Counted from the first letter of the stretch, positions 28,993-41,423 are shown. The stretch is 64,000 nucleotides of DNA from an uncultured Mycoplasmatota bacterium (GCA_948434005.1 CAOJEH010000001.1:13678-77677); one strand, 5' to 3'. The notes: generated by a model from the letters alone, not told the origin. Program-made: numbers and translations.

Positions 28993-29847
28993 TTACTTTT
29001 TATTGGTATGATACTCGTTATATATAATAGATTTAGCAACTCCTCTTTCTTTAGCTACTAATTTAATGGCTTCTTTTTCAGACATACCATCTTCTAAATA
29101 AAGATTAATATGTTCTAAAATAGTCATATGTGAATAATCTATTTTTTCTGTATTTCCCTCAACTAATAGAACTAACTCCCCTTTTATATTATCTATTTCT
29201 AATAATACATCTTCTATTGTTCCACGGTATATCTCTTCATATAATTTAGATATTTCACGGGTTAAACATATTCTCCTGTTTCCAAAAACTTCTTTCATAT
29301 TATTTAATGTATCTACTATTCTATGGGGAGCTTCATAAAAAATGATTGTATAAGAAATATCTTTTAAAGAATTTAGTTCCTCTTTTTGTTTGCTCTTTTT
29401 CGTATTTAAAAAACCATAAAATAAAAACTTAGAAGGAGGAAGTCCAGATGAAATTAATGCAGGAACAAATGCTGTTGCACCAGGTAGACCAATGACATGA
29501 AAATCATTTTTGATTACTTCCTCCACTACTTTAAATCCAGGATCACTAATAATCGGTGTTCCTTGATCGGTTACAAGTCCAACTTTTTTTCCTTCACTTA
29601 ATAATTTTATAACATCTATTTTTACTTTATCTTCATTATATTCATAACAACTAACTAATTTATTTTTAATATCATATTTTTTTAATAAACTACCAGTTAC
29701 TCTAGTGTCTTCACATAATAAAACATCAACTTCATTTAATAGTTTTAAAGCCCTTACCGTAATATCATCTAAATTACCAATAGGTGTAGGAATTAAATAT
29801 AAACCTACTTCACTTTTATAACTTTTCTGGCTCATCTTTATCACCAT
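28993..29847 (-). CDS. rsmI: 16S rRNA (cytidine1402-2'-O)-methyltransferase RsmI
   Basis: GLYLIPTPIGNLDDITVRALKLL...LLCEDTR tetrapyrrole-methylase-like N-terminus typical of RsmI/YabC. Confidence 0.9.
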   Translation of the reverse strand: MVIKMSQKSYKSEVGLYLIPTPIGNLDDITVRALKLLNEVDVLLCEDTRVTGSLLKKYDIKNKLVSCYEYNEDKVKIDVIKLLSEGKKVGLVTDQGTPIISDPGFKVVEEVIKNDFHVIGLPGATAFVPALISSGLPPSKFLFYGFLNTKKSKQKEELNSLKDISYTIIFYEAPHRIVDTLNNMKEVFGNRRICLTREISKLYEEIYRGTIEDVLLEIDNIKGELVLLVEGNTEKIDYSHMTILEHINLYLEDGMSEKEAIKLVAKERGVAKSIIYNEYHTNKK

Positions 29848-29865
29848 CCATCAATACTACTTACC

Positions 29866-30543
29866 TTAGTTAATTTTTTCTTCATTCATTATTGTTGGAG
29901 CATCTATCTTCATACCTGGATTACCATTTTTATGGCATTCAATCAAAAACATACTTGCCTCATAACTTTTATCTTGATGAACAAAACTAATTCGTTTAGG
30001 AATTAAATTATTCTTTTGTAGTTCACTTATTAATTCAAGAAATCTATTACTATTATAAACTAGATATAATTTCCCATTATCTTTTAGTATTTTTTTACTA
30101 ACTTTTAATATACTTTTTAAATCTATACAAACTTCATGTCTTGCAATTAGTTTTTCTTTCGAAATATTTTTCTTTAATTCATTATAATATGGTGGATTTG
30201 ATATAACAATATCATAATAATTGTTTATATCTTTAGAATAATTTAAAATATCGTCAACAATTAAGTTTATTTGATTTTCTAATTTATTATATTTAATTGT
30301 TTTTCTAAATAAATTAGCTACATTTTCTTGGATTTCAATAGCATCTATTTTTTTATCTGTCTTAGTTGATAATATTAGCGGTATAGCTCCTGTACCTGTT
30401 CCTATATCTATAATTTTTTTAGTAGTTTTTTGAATATTTACAAATTCTGCTAATAAAACACTATCCAAAGTAAAAGAAAACCAATCTGTATTTTGGTATA
30501 TTTTTCTATTACTATATCCTACTAAATCATTCAATACTTCCAT
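29866..30543 (-). CDS. SAM-dependent methyltransferase, YabB / tRNA(m6A37) methyltransferase-like
   Basis: DIGTGTGAIPLILS SAM motif; NPPY motif; lies between rsmI and yaaT as B. subtilis yabB does. Confidence 0.8.
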   Translation of the reverse strand: MEVLNDLVGYSNRKIYQNTDWFSFTLDSVLLAEFVNIQKTTKKIIDIGTGTGAIPLILSTKTDKKIDAIEIQENVANLFRKTIKYNKLENQINLIVDDILNYSKDINNYYDIVISNPPYYNELKKNISKEKLIARHEVCIDLKSILKVSKKILKDNGKLYLVYNSNRFLELISELQKNNLIPKRISFVHQDKSYEASMFLIECHKNGNPGMKIDAPTIMNEEKIN

Positions 30544-30544
30544 A

Positions 30545-31327
30545 TTATTTTACATACTCTTCTACTATATTGTTTTTATCAATCTCTACTTTATAACTTT
30601 TATTAAGTACATTTATTGATATAACTTTTCCAGTTCCACTTTCTGTTTTAACAGTTGAACCAACTTTTGGTAAATCCTTCTTTAATTCTGTATAAACTTC
30701 ATCTTCATAATTAAGACAACATAAAAGTCTTCCACAAACTCCATTTATTTTAGTAGGATTAAGTGCTAAAAGTTGATTTTTAGCCATATTTATAGAAACA
30801 CTATTAAAATCTGTTAAAAAACTATTACAACATAGAAATAATCCACAAGGACCTAAACCACCAATAGTTTTTGCTTTATCTCTTACTCCTATTTGTCTTA
30901 ATTCTATTCTGGTCTTATATCTTTGAGCTAATTTTCTAGTTAATTCTCTAAAATCAACTCTCTCATCTGCTGTAAATGTAAAATATAATTGATTTTTATC
31001 GTATGTAAAACTAGCAGATACAAAATTCATATTTAAATCTAATTCTTTAACACATTTTTTAGCATATTTTATAGCTTTTTCTGCTTCTTTTTTATTTTCA
31101 TCTATTATTTTTAAATCTTTATTAGTAACTTTTCTTAATATCTTTCTTAAAGGAAAAACAATATTATCTTTTGACTCTTTTTTTATTTCTGTAACACAAA
31201 TTCCATAATCTAAACTATTCTCAGAATCTACTATTACTTTATCTCCTTTCTTTAAAGAAAGATTATTAGTACTAAAATAATATATATTAGTAGAAGATTC
31301 AAAATTTACACCTATTATGTCATACAT
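30545..31327 (-). CDS. yaaT: PSP1-domain stage 0 sporulation protein YaaT (RicT)
   Basis: Cys-rich PSP1 C-terminal region GPCGLFLCCNSFL...GVCGRLLCCLNYE; downstream of holB as in B. subtilis. Confidence 0.88.
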   Translation of the reverse strand: MYDIIGVNFESSTNIYYFSTNNLSLKKGDKVIVDSENSLDYGICVTEIKKESKDNIVFPLRKILRKVTNKDLKIIDENKKEAEKAIKYAKKCVKELDLNMNFVSASFTYDKNQLYFTFTADERVDFRELTRKLAQRYKTRIELRQIGVRDKAKTIGGLGPCGLFLCCNSFLTDFNSVSINMAKNQLLALNPTKINGVCGRLLCCLNYEDEVYTELKKDLPKVGSTVKTESGTGKVISINVLNKSYKVEIDKNNIVEEYVK

Positions 31328-31328
31328 A

Positions 31329-32156
31329 CTACTCTACCTCCATCAAAGCCGCAATTAAGTTAGTTAACCATAACTTCATATTAATATTATAATCTAATTT
31401 ACTTTTTTCTTTGTCTATAATTAATATATAATCAACTATTTTAGATTCTTTAACTTTTAACATATCCTCTATTTCTTTTGGAATACTATATTCATTTACA
31501 TAATTATAAAGGATCTGTTCTATAATTTCTAATGATTCTACTGCTTTTTTTCTATCAACAAATAAACTATTTAAATATAAATCATAATTAATTATTAGTT
31601 TTTTTGTTATAAATAAATCTTTTACAAATAGATTTATTTCATCAATTATATCTAATTGTATTTCATTATTACTTAAGGCAATTATTTGGCACCTAGATAA
31701 GATTGTTTCTAATACTTTATATCTATTATTAGTAACTAAAATTGCAATTATATCTTCCTCTGGTTCTTCTAAAAATTTTAAAATTGTATTAGCAGAAGAA
31801 TCATTTAACTTTTCTGCTCCATCTATTACATAGATTAATTTATTATCTAGTAATGATTTTTTTGAAAATTCTTGTTCTAATGATAATATTTGTTCTTTTT
31901 TAATATAGTTACCATCTGGATAAATATATTTTAAATCAGGATAACTATCATTTTCTACTAATGTATCTATTTTTTTTATATAACTATCATCTTCTATATC
32001 AGAACATAAAATAGATTTAACCATATGTTTAATAAAAATTTTATAATCATTATATCCATTTGTTTCTATTAAATAAGCGTGTGATATTTTCTTATTTTTA
32101 TTTATTATTTTATCAAGAAAAGAATAAGCTTTTTCCTGATCCTTTATACAGTTCAA
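31329..32156 (-). CDS. holB: DNA polymerase III delta-prime subunit
   Basis: AAA-like clamp-loader fold without an intact Walker A (HAYLIETNGYNDYK); SRC motif (TILSRCQII); position between yaaT and bofA/recR. Confidence 0.8.
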   Translation of the reverse strand: MNCIKDQEKAYSFLDKIINKNKKISHAYLIETNGYNDYKIFIKHMVKSILCSDIEDDSYIKKIDTLVENDSYPDLKYIYPDGNYIKKEQILSLEQEFSKKSLLDNKLIYVIDGAEKLNDSSANTILKFLEEPEEDIIAILVTNNRYKVLETILSRCQIIALSNNEIQLDIIDEINLFVKDLFITKKLIINYDLYLNSLFVDRKKAVESLEIIEQILYNYVNEYSIPKEIEDMLKVKESKIVDYILIIDKEKSKLDYNINMKLWLTNLIAALMEVE

Positions 32157-32175
32157 AATATCACCACCTAATATA

Positions 32176-32361
32176 TTATAAGGCTATAACTTTTAATAAT
32201 AGCAATGCTATTAACGATGGAACACCTAATATTGCTACTACACCGACTGTTATAATATTTATAGGTATTACCATATTAAAGTTTGCTGCTATAAGATTAT
32301 ATCCATATAAAATAACAAAACTTAAAACGACTCTTTTTAGTAAATCTAATATTTTTTTCAT
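32176..32361 (-). CDS. bofA: Pro-sigma-K processing inhibitor BofA (short)
   Basis: NMVIPINIITVGVVAILGVPSLIALLLLKVIA aligns with B. subtilis BofA GIHVPINLVTTAISGILGIPGIAALVVIKQFI; lies just upstream of recR. Confidence 0.7.
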   Translation of the reverse strand: MKKILDLLKRVVLSFVILYGYNLIAANFNMVIPINIITVGVVAILGVPSLIALLLLKVIAL

Positions 32362-32404
32362 ACTTGTCCATCTCCTTAATAAAAAGTATGAAAAAAAATA
32401 TTTT

Positions 32405-33001
32405 TTATTCTATTTCTTTTCTATCTGCCATTGCTCTTTCTAAAGTTAACTCATCAACATATTCCATATCTGCTCCCATAGGAACACCACTAGCCAGTCT
32501 AGTTACTTTAATTTTACTACCATCTAAGACTTTTTTAATATATAGAGATGTTGTTTCACCCTCAATACTTGGTTTAAATGCAAATAAAATTTCTTTAAAC
32601 TTTTCTTTTTTTATTCTCTCTAGAAGTTTATTGATACCTATATCTTCTGGATTAATACCATCTAAAGGAGATATAAGACCATCCAAAACATGATATTTTC
32701 CCTTAAAAATCCCCATTTTTTCAAATAAAAATACATTTTTACTATCATCTAAAACACATAGTATTTCATTATTTCTATTTTGGTCATTACAAACAAAACA
32801 TTCTTCTTCATCTGTTAAAGTATTACAGATTTTACAATGTTTTATCTTCTTTTTAACATTAACCAAACTATCAGAAAAGAACTCTACATTGTTAATATCC
32901 ATATCAATTATAGAAAAAGCTAAACGTTCTGCAGTCTTAGTACCTATTCCAGGCAATAATTTAAAAGATTCTATCAAATCATTTATACTATTTGGTATCA
33001 T
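32405..33001 (-). CDS. recR: Recombination protein RecR
   Basis: HhH N-terminus LPGIGTKTAERLAF; C4 zinc finger CKICNTL...CFVC; Toprim region; 198 aa. Confidence 0.95.
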   Translation of the reverse strand: MIPNSINDLIESFKLLPGIGTKTAERLAFSIIDMDINNVEFFSDSLVNVKKKIKHCKICNTLTDEEECFVCNDQNRNNEILCVLDDSKNVFLFEKMGIFKGKYHVLDGLISPLDGINPEDIGINKLLERIKKEKFKEILFAFKPSIEGETTSLYIKKVLDGSKIKVTRLASGVPMGADMEYVDELTLERAMADRKEIE

Positions 33002-33003
33002 AA

Positions 33004-33303
33004 TTAAAATAATCCTGGCATAGAATTGCCATATTTTCCTAATTTATCTTCTGTCATCTTATCTATTTTTGCAGTTGCTTCATTTGTTGCTACTAAAATC
33101 ATATCTTGCAACATTTCTATATCATCTTTATCTAAAGAATCTTCGGAATTTATTTCCACCTTGATTACTTCTCTAGTTCCTTTCATTGTAATTTTCACTA
33201 GTGAATTTTCACCTACAAACAAAGTATTATCTATCTCTTCCTTTGCAGATAACATATCCTTTTGTAATTTTTGTGCTTGTTTCATTAAAGCTTGCATATT
33301 CAT
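33004..33303 (-). CDS. ybaB: Nucleoid-associated protein YbaB/EbfC
   Basis: 99 aa; MQALMKQAQKLQKDM start and C-terminal GLF typical of YbaB; lies between dnaX and recR. Confidence 0.92.
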   Translation of the reverse strand: MNMQALMKQAQKLQKDMLSAKEEIDNTLFVGENSLVKITMKGTREVIKVEINSEDSLDKDDIEMLQDMILVATNEATAKIDKMTEDKLGKYGNSMPGLF

Positions 33304-33315
33304 AATATATTCCTC

Positions 33316-35034
33316 CTATTTTATTTCTACTATATCTTTAAATAAACCTAACGGACTATCCTCTATATCTATGCTTTCTTCTTTTAGTGTATTTATAATT
33401 AAGTCAGGCTCTTTTATAATATCATACTTTTTACCATTTTTAGTATTATTAATGTATTCTTTTTTCAACTTATTCCAGTTATCTTTACTCACTATTGCAA
33501 TTTTTTTATCTGATTTAGTTAAATTATTATATATATCATTAAGTTTTTGCAAATTATTTATATTAGTATCCACTACTGATTCATATTCATAGCTTATTAT
33601 CATTCCTAAAGTACTAGAAGCTTCTATTGTAGCATTAAGAAGTTCTGAAACTATATAACCAATCTTTTGATCAAATACATAATCATTTAAAGAATTCATC
33701 AATTGCAAATCGTTTGTCTTTTCTGTTTTATCAGCTGTTGCTAAAACATTATTTACTCTAATCTTATTTATTTCAAGTATATTGGAAGATTCTACCAATT
33801 TACTTTCAGTAAATTCAGTATTGCTATCTTTTTCTTGTTGCTCCACTATCTGTTCCTCTTCTATTTTAGAATTTTCTTCAATATCAACTTTACTTGGTTC
33901 TGGTACTTCTATTTTTTCTTCTTTAGGTTGTTTTTCTTCATTTACTATCTTTTTTTCCACAGTTTTATCATCTTTTGGGAAATAATTTATTTCCTGGGGA
34001 ATATTTTTATGTTCATTAACAAAATTCAAAAACATTATTTCTATGTATATTTTTGGATTTCCATTCTTTTTTATATCGAACATTTTTTCGTTTATTAAAT
34101 TTGCTAAATGTTGATAAATTTCAATAGATTCTATTTCATCATTACCATTTATATAATAATTTACAATACTATTTCTTAATAATACCAACAATTGAACTAT
34201 TATTTCTACTAGATTCTTTCCACCATCACTATAAGATTTAATTTTACTTATAATTTCATTATTATTAAAAGATAAAATACTATTTTTAAAGTCCTCTAAT
34301 TCCTTTTCAGTTATCATATCATTTATTTCATAATAATCTTCTATTGTTATTTTATCACTCTTATAAGACGATAATTTATCAAGTACACCTAAAGAATCTC
34401 TTAATCCACCATCTGAGAATTCTGCAATTAATTCCAAAACTTTTTTATCTATTTCTATTTTTTCTTTTTTACATACTTCTTCTAGTTTTAATACTATGTT
34501 ATCAGTACTTATTCTTTTAAAAGAATAGCACTGGCACCTTGATATAATTGTATCAGATACCTTTTGTGGATCAGTAGTTGCTAAAATAAATATAACATGC
34601 TTAGGTGGTTCTTCTAAAGTCTTTAATAATGCATTAAATGCACCTGATGTAAGCATATGAACTTCATCTATTATATATACTTTATATTTCAACTCACTTG
34701 GTACTATATTTACCTTACTTTTTATTTCTCGAATTTCGTCTACACCATTATTAGAAGCCGCATCAATTTCGATTATATCCACACTATTTACAGATTTTTC
34801 ACAGTTTTCGCACTTTTCACAAGGATTTCCATCATTTGGATTTAAACAATTAACAGTTCGAGATAATATTTTTGCAATTGTTGTTTTACCTATACCTCTA
34901 GGTCCAAAAAACATATAAGCATGACTTATTTTATCGTTCTTTATTGAATTTTTTAAAGTTTTTATAACAAAATCTTGTCCAACTACATCATCAAAACATT
35001 TTGGTCTATATTTTCTATATAACGCTTGATACAC
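33316..35034 (-). CDS. dnaX: DNA polymerase III subunits gamma/tau
   Basis: Walker A GPRGIGKTT; zinc module CLNPNDGNPCEKCENC; SRC motif TIISRCQ; 572 aa. Confidence 0.95.
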   Translation of the reverse strand: MYQALYRKYRPKCFDDVVGQDFVIKTLKNSIKNDKISHAYMFFGPRGIGKTTIAKILSRTVNCLNPNDGNPCEKCENCEKSVNSVDIIEIDAASNNGVDEIREIKSKVNIVPSELKYKVYIIDEVHMLTSGAFNALLKTLEEPPKHVIFILATTDPQKVSDTIISRCQCYSFKRISTDNIVLKLEEVCKKEKIEIDKKVLELIAEFSDGGLRDSLGVLDKLSSYKSDKITIEDYYEINDMITEKELEDFKNSILSFNNNEIISKIKSYSDGGKNLVEIIVQLLVLLRNSIVNYYINGNDEIESIEIYQHLANLINEKMFDIKKNGNPKIYIEIMFLNFVNEHKNIPQEINYFPKDDKTVEKKIVNEEKQPKEEKIEVPEPSKVDIEENSKIEEEQIVEQQEKDSNTEFTESKLVESSNILEINKIRVNNVLATADKTEKTNDLQLMNSLNDYVFDQKIGYIVSELLNATIEASSTLGMIISYEYESVVDTNINNLQKLNDIYNNLTKSDKKIAIVSKDNWNKLKKEYINNTKNGKKYDIIKEPDLIINTLKEESIDIEDSPLGLFKDIVEIK

Positions 35035-35075
35035 AACATCACCACATTTCTATATATATTATACCATATTTTTGC

Positions 35076-35513
35076 CTATTTTCTTTTATTTTTAAAGAAA
35101 TCTACAATTATTTTTTTACATTCCTTCTCACATATTTTTTCTTCTATATTAACATTTGAATTTATATCTTTTTCCACAAGTATTTTATTACTTATTTCAT
35201 TATTTTTATTATCCACACCATAATATATTTTAGAAATTCTAGCTTGTTTTATAGCACTAGAACACATAGGGCATGGTTGAAGAGTTACATATAGTTCACA
35301 GCCATTTAGTCTCCAATTTTTTAATTTTTTTGACGCTTTTCTTATAGCTAATAATTCGGCATGATACAAAACACTCTTATATTTTTCCTTTAAATTATGT
35401 GTTTTGGCAATAATTTTATCATTTTTAACTATTACACAACCTACAGGAACCTCATTTTTATCAAAGGATTTTTTAGCTTCATTTAAAGCTATTTTCATAT
35501 ATTCTTCTTTCAT
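35076..35513 (-). CDS. tadA: tRNA-specific adenosine deaminase TadA. The ORF track extends to 35543; the likely start is ATG 35511-35513 (MKEEYMKIALNEAKK), preceded by GGAGTG.
   Basis: CMP/dCMP deaminase zinc motifs HAELLAI and PCPMCSSAI. Confidence 0.9.
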   Translation of the reverse strand: MKEEYMKIALNEAKKSFDKNEVPVGCVIVKNDKIIAKTHNLKEKYKSVLYHAELLAIRKASKKLKNWRLNGCELYVTLQPCPMCSSAIKQARISKIYYGVDNKNNEISNKILVEKDINSNVNIEEKICEKECKKIIVDFFKNKRK

Positions 35514-35527
35514 TACTTTCACTCCAA

Positions 35528-35615
35528 AAATAAAAGTGCACATAAGTGTTGATTGTTAAAGCTGCTATCTTCCGATCCTGACTTGTTTCCAATACACTTA
35601 TTGCACCAATAACAT
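35528..35615 (-). ncRNA. ffs: Small (4.5S-type) signal recognition particle RNA
   Basis: The minus-strand transcript contains the domain IV consensus GUCAGGAUCGGAAGAUAGCAGC (plus-strand GCTGCTATCTTCCGATCCTGAC, 35561-35582). It is flanked by a long imperfect helix: 5' GGUGCAAUAAGUGUAUUGG pairs with 3' CAAUCAACACUUAUGUGCAC. It ends in a U-run that abuts the tadA RBS. Synteny with tadA-dnaX matches B. subtilis scr. Confidence 0.65.
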
Positions 35616-35651
35616 TGTATTACATTACCTAATAAAATACAAGTATATTTT

Positions 35652-35723
35652 ATGTTTCACGTGAAACATACTAAAACTATATAAAATTTTTATAAAAAAA
35701 TACAATGTTTCACGTGAAACATC
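35652..35723. promoter_or_regulatory. parS: Two perfect parS centromere sites (TGTTTCACGTGAAACA) in tandem, 54 bp apart
   Basis: The 18-bp perfect palindrome ATGTTTCACGTGAAACAT occurs at 35652-35669 and 35706-35723; the 16-mer core matches the Firmicute parS consensus TGTTNCACGTGAAACA exactly. Confidence 0.8.
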
Positions 35724-35774
35724 ACATTTTAAATACTATTTTATTTCCCGGGAAATATTTTTTATATGAAATAT

Positions 35775-38243
35775 CTACTGAGTTACCTCTGCTTCTTGTT
35801 CTTCTATAGCAGTTTCTTCTTCAATTTCTTTTTCCACAAGTGCTACGGTAGAGACTTTTTGATTATCTTTTAGATTTATTAATCTAACACCTTGTGTAGC
35901 TCTTTTTAATACTGAAATTTGCGATAATGGCATTCTCATAATAATTCCACTATCTGTAATTATCATTATATCATTATCTTCTATAGCATCTTTATCAACA
36001 CATTTTAATGCAACCATCATACCATTTTTATCTGTTATATTTAAAGCTTTAACACCTTTACTACCTCTATGTGTTAACCTATATTCCTCTATAGGAGATT
36101 GTTTACCATAACCATTTTCAGTTACAATCAATACTAATTGCTCTGGTTTTATAACTTCACTACCAACAACAAAATGTTCTCCCAAGTCCATACCTTTGAC
36201 ACCTGAGGTATTTCTTCCCATAGCTCTTATTTCAGTTTCTATAAATCTTACCATTCGACCGTTATTAGCACCTATTACTATTTCGTCTTCTCCACTTGTC
36301 TTTTTAACAGCAATTAATTCGTCATCTTCTTTTAATAAGATAGATATTTTTCCACCTTTTCTAATATTATCGAATTCGCTAATAGCAGTTCTCTTAACTA
36401 ATCCCTTCTTCGTTGTAAACATTAAGTATTTACTAGATTCTTCTGTTCCATCCACAGAAATTATAGAACGTATGTTTTCGTCTTTATCAAGTGATAACAA
36501 GTTAATTATTGGTAAACCTTTGGATTGTCTTCCAAATTCTGGAATTTCATATCCTTTTAATCTATATACTCTACCTTTATTAGAGAAGAATAAAATATAA
36601 TCATGTGTTTTTGTTGATAATAAGTGTTCTACTATATCTTCTTCATTAGTAGACATTCCTTTTATACCAACTCCTCCTCTATTTTGAACTCTATAAGTAT
36701 CAGATTTCAAACGCTTAATATATCCTTTATTTGTTAGCGTTACTATAATATCTTCAACTGGAATTAAAGATTCATCTTCAATGTATTCTATTGCTGTCAT
36801 ATCAATATTAGTACGTCTTTCATCAGCAAATTTTGCTTTTATTTCAAGCATTTCTTCTTTTATTATATCTAATACTTTAGCTTCACTTGCCAAAATTCCT
36901 TTTAGTCTTTCAATCTCTTCTAAAAGTTCCTTTAATTCATTTTCAATTTTATCTCTTTCTAAGCCAGTTAATCTCCTTAATTTCATTTCAAGAATTGCTT
37001 GAGCTTGTTTTTCTGTTAGTTCAAATTTAGTCATCAAGCCATTCATTGCAATTTCATCACTTTTAGAACCTCTTATTAGTTTTATAATTTCATCTATATG
37101 ATCTAGAGCTATCTTCAATCCTTCTAATATATGCGCTCTAGCTTCATCTTTATTTAAATCAAATTTAGTACGTCTTATAACTATTTCTTTTTGATAATCA
37201 ACATACTTTGATATTATATCTTTTAATCCTAATGTCTTTGGTACTCCCTGATCAAGCATTAAGAAAATGATTCCATATGTTGTTTGAAATGATGTATGTT
37301 TATATAAGTTATTTAATACAACTTGAGGATTAGCATCTTTCTTTAATGTAATTGTTATCTTAATACCATCTTTCAAATCAGTATGATAATCAGATATACC
37401 ATCAATTACTTTATTGTGTACTAAATCTGCTACTTTATTTTTTAATTCTAAAGTATTAACACCATAAGGAACTTCATCGACAATAATGTAATGTTTACCC
37501 TTTTCTTCCTCAATTCTTGCTTTACTTCTTATAGTAATACTACCTCTACCCGTTTCATAAGCCTTTTTAATACCACTATTACCTAAAATTGTAGCACCAG
37601 TTGGAAAATCAGGACCTTTTATATATTGCATTAATCCATCTAAATCAATCTCCGGATTATCTATATAAGCTATACAACCATCAATTACTTCACCTAAATT
37701 ATGAGGTGGAATATTTGTTGCCATTCCTACTGCAATACCCATAGTTCCATTTACTAGTATATTAGGAAATCTAGAAGGTAATATTACAGGTTCTTTTTCA
37801 CTTTCATCAAAGTTTGGTGCAAAATCTACAGTATCTTTATTTATATCTCTAAGTAATTGTAAAGATATTTTTGAAAGACGGGATTCTGTATAACGCATTG
37901 CTGCTGCCCCATATCCTTCAATATTACCAAAGTTACCATGTCCATCCACTAACATATTTCGATATGAGAAATCTTGTGCCATTCTAACCATTGCTTCATA
38001 AATACTTGAATCACCATGAGGATGATATTTACCCATAACATCTCCGACAATTCTTGCACTCTTTTTATGTGGTTTGTCAGGAGTATAACCGGATTCATAC
38101 ATAGAATATAAGATACGTCTATGTACTGGTTTTAATCCATCACGTAAATCTGGTAAAGCACGTGCTACAATTACACTCATAGAATATTCTAAAAAAGAAT
38201 CTTTTACTTCATTAACTATATTATTTTGTTCTAATCTATCCAT
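35775..38243 (-). CDS. gyrA: DNA gyrase subunit A
   Basis: 822 aa; active-site region AAMRYTE; QRDR-like [17 protein letters not shown]; C-terminal beta-pinwheel repeats. Confidence 0.97.
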   Translation of the reverse strand: MDRLEQNNIVNEVKDSFLEYSMSVIVARALPDLRDGLKPVHRRILYSMYESGYTPDKPHKKSARIVGDVMGKYHPHGDSSIYEAMVRMAQDFSYRNMLVDGHGNFGNIEGYGAAAMRYTESRLSKISLQLLRDINKDTVDFAPNFDESEKEPVILPSRFPNILVNGTMGIAVGMATNIPPHNLGEVIDGCIAYIDNPEIDLDGLMQYIKGPDFPTGATILGNSGIKKAYETGRGSITIRSKARIEEEKGKHYIIVDEVPYGVNTLELKNKVADLVHNKVIDGISDYHTDLKDGIKITITLKKDANPQVVLNNLYKHTSFQTTYGIIFLMLDQGVPKTLGLKDIISKYVDYQKEIVIRRTKFDLNKDEARAHILEGLKIALDHIDEIIKLIRGSKSDEIAMNGLMTKFELTEKQAQAILEMKLRRLTGLERDKIENELKELLEEIERLKGILASEAKVLDIIKEEMLEIKAKFADERRTNIDMTAIEYIEDESLIPVEDIIVTLTNKGYIKRLKSDTYRVQNRGGVGIKGMSTNEEDIVEHLLSTKTHDYILFFSNKGRVYRLKGYEIPEFGRQSKGLPIINLLSLDKDENIRSIISVDGTEESSKYLMFTTKKGLVKRTAISEFDNIRKGGKISILLKEDDELIAVKKTSGEDEIVIGANNGRMVRFIETEIRAMGRNTSGVKGMDLGEHFVVGSEVIKPEQLVLIVTENGYGKQSPIEEYRLTHRGSKGVKALNITDKNGMMVALKCVDKDAIEDNDIMIITDSGIIMRMPLSQISVLKRATQGVRLINLKDNQKVSTVALVEKEIEEETAIEEQEAEVTQ

Positions 38244-38255
38244 ATCCTTTACCTC

Positions 38256-40187
<1,932 letters not shown>

Positions 40188-41300
40188 TTATTGCCTTCTT
40201 TCTATAATTCCATTCTTTATTTCATATATAAAAGCATCACTAGTATACTTAGATTTTATACTTTTTAAATCTGTCGTAGTAATAATACTTTGAATATCAA
40301 CATTTATATATTCTAATAGCCTATTTCTTTTTACTATATCTAATTCACTAAAAATATCATCTAATAACAATACAGGCTTTGTATTTCTATATTCTTCAAA
40401 TATATCTATTTCTGATAATTTAAATGCTAAAACTGCTACTTTTTGTTGACCTTGAGAACCAAAAAATTTTAAATTTTTATCCTGTAATGAAAATATAAAA
40501 TCATCCCTATGAGGACCATATAATGTCATTCCATAGTTTAATTCTTTTTTATATTCACTACTAAATTTTTCTTTTAGAATACTATAAATATTATCTGAAG
40601 AAAAATTATCTATTTCAATATTTGGTTCATATATAATTTTTAATGAGTCCTCTCCTGTTATATCTTTATAGATTTTATCTATTTTTTGGTTAATAAAATC
40701 TAAATATTTTTTTCTCTCCTCGTATATTATTATAGCTTTTTCTATCAATTTTTCTGTAATAACATCTAAATATTTTTTATCAGCTATAGATGACGTTAAT
40801 AATAGTTTTAAATATTCATTTCTTATTTTTAAAATCTTATTATATTCATTGTATGTATTTAAATATTTATTAGATATTTGAGATAATTCCATATTTATTA
40901 GATTTCTTCTAACACTTGGTGATCCTTTAATTATTTCTAAATCTTCAGGTGTAAAAACAATAATATTTAAATTAGAAATATACTCACTTATTTTTTTTAT
41001 ATCTTTCTTATTAATCTTAAGAGTTTTACTACCTTCTGATATTGATACCTCTAAATCATTAATTAACTTATTATTCCTAACTTTTCCTTTGATTAAAGCC
41101 TTTTTCTTATTAAAGGAAATTAAGTTAGGCTCTATTCCATTTCTATAAGTTTTTGTTAAAGCAAGTACACATATACTTTCCAATATATTTGTTTTTCCTT
41201 GTGCATTTTGTCCTATAAAAATATTCATTTTAGTATTTAAAGGTATATCTAGTTGAGAATAATTTCTAAAATTTTTCAATTTTATATTCTTAAGTATCAT
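40188..41300 (-). CDS. recF: DNA replication and repair protein RecF. The ORF track begins at a TTG at 41333; the likely start is ATG 41298-41300 (MILKNIKLKNFRNY).
   Basis: Walker A GQNAQGKTNILE; SMC-like signature and Walker B LLLDDIFSELD. Confidence 0.93.
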   Translation of the reverse strand: MILKNIKLKNFRNYSQLDIPLNTKMNIFIGQNAQGKTNILESICVLALTKTYRNGIEPNLISFNKKKALIKGKVRNNKLINDLEVSISEGSKTLKINKKDIKKISEYISNLNIIVFTPEDLEIIKGSPSVRRNLINMELSQISNKYLNTYNEYNKILKIRNEYLKLLLTSSIADKKYLDVITEKLIEKAIIIYEERKKYLDFINQKIDKIYKDITGEDSLKIIYEPNIEIDNFSSDNIYSILKEKFSSEYKKELNYGMTLYGPHRDDFIFSLQDKNLKFFGSQGQQKVAVLAFKLSEIDIFEEYRNTKPVLLLDDIFSELDIVKRNRLLEYINVDIQSIITTTDLKSIKSKYTSDAFIYEIKNGIIERRQ

Positions 41301-41423
41301 CTTTGATATAATAACTCTCCATATTATCACCAAAACCCTATCAAAGTATTCCTATACATACAAGACTATTATATCATAAATGACGTGTTTTTGCACTAAA
41401 AAAAGTCATAAGTGACTTTTTCT

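Noticed and set aside
33026-34098. Plus-strand ORFs (188, 67 and 87 aa) antisense to ybaB and dnaX
   Set aside because: They lie inside strongly supported minus-strand genes. They are F/I/L/S-rich with no RBS.
35520-35630. Considered whether the Bacillus-type long (~270 nt, Alu-domain) SRP RNA is present
   Set aside because: Only ~230 bp separate gyrA and tadA, and ~110 bp of that is taken by the parS pair. The conserved domain IV helix and flanking closing helix account for ~85-95 nt, which is consistent with a short 4.5S-type RNA.
35652-35723. Considered the 18-bp palindromes as a transcription-factor operator (cre/CodY/Rex-like) or tandem terminators
   Set aside because: The core is an exact match to the parS consensus TGTTNCACGTGAAACA. 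It does not fit the cre, CodY, Rex, LexA or CIRCE consensus sequences, and no U-runs follow.
36196-37002. Plus-strand ORFs inside gyrA (134 and 73 aa)
   Set aside because: They are antisense to gyrA and show no homology signal.
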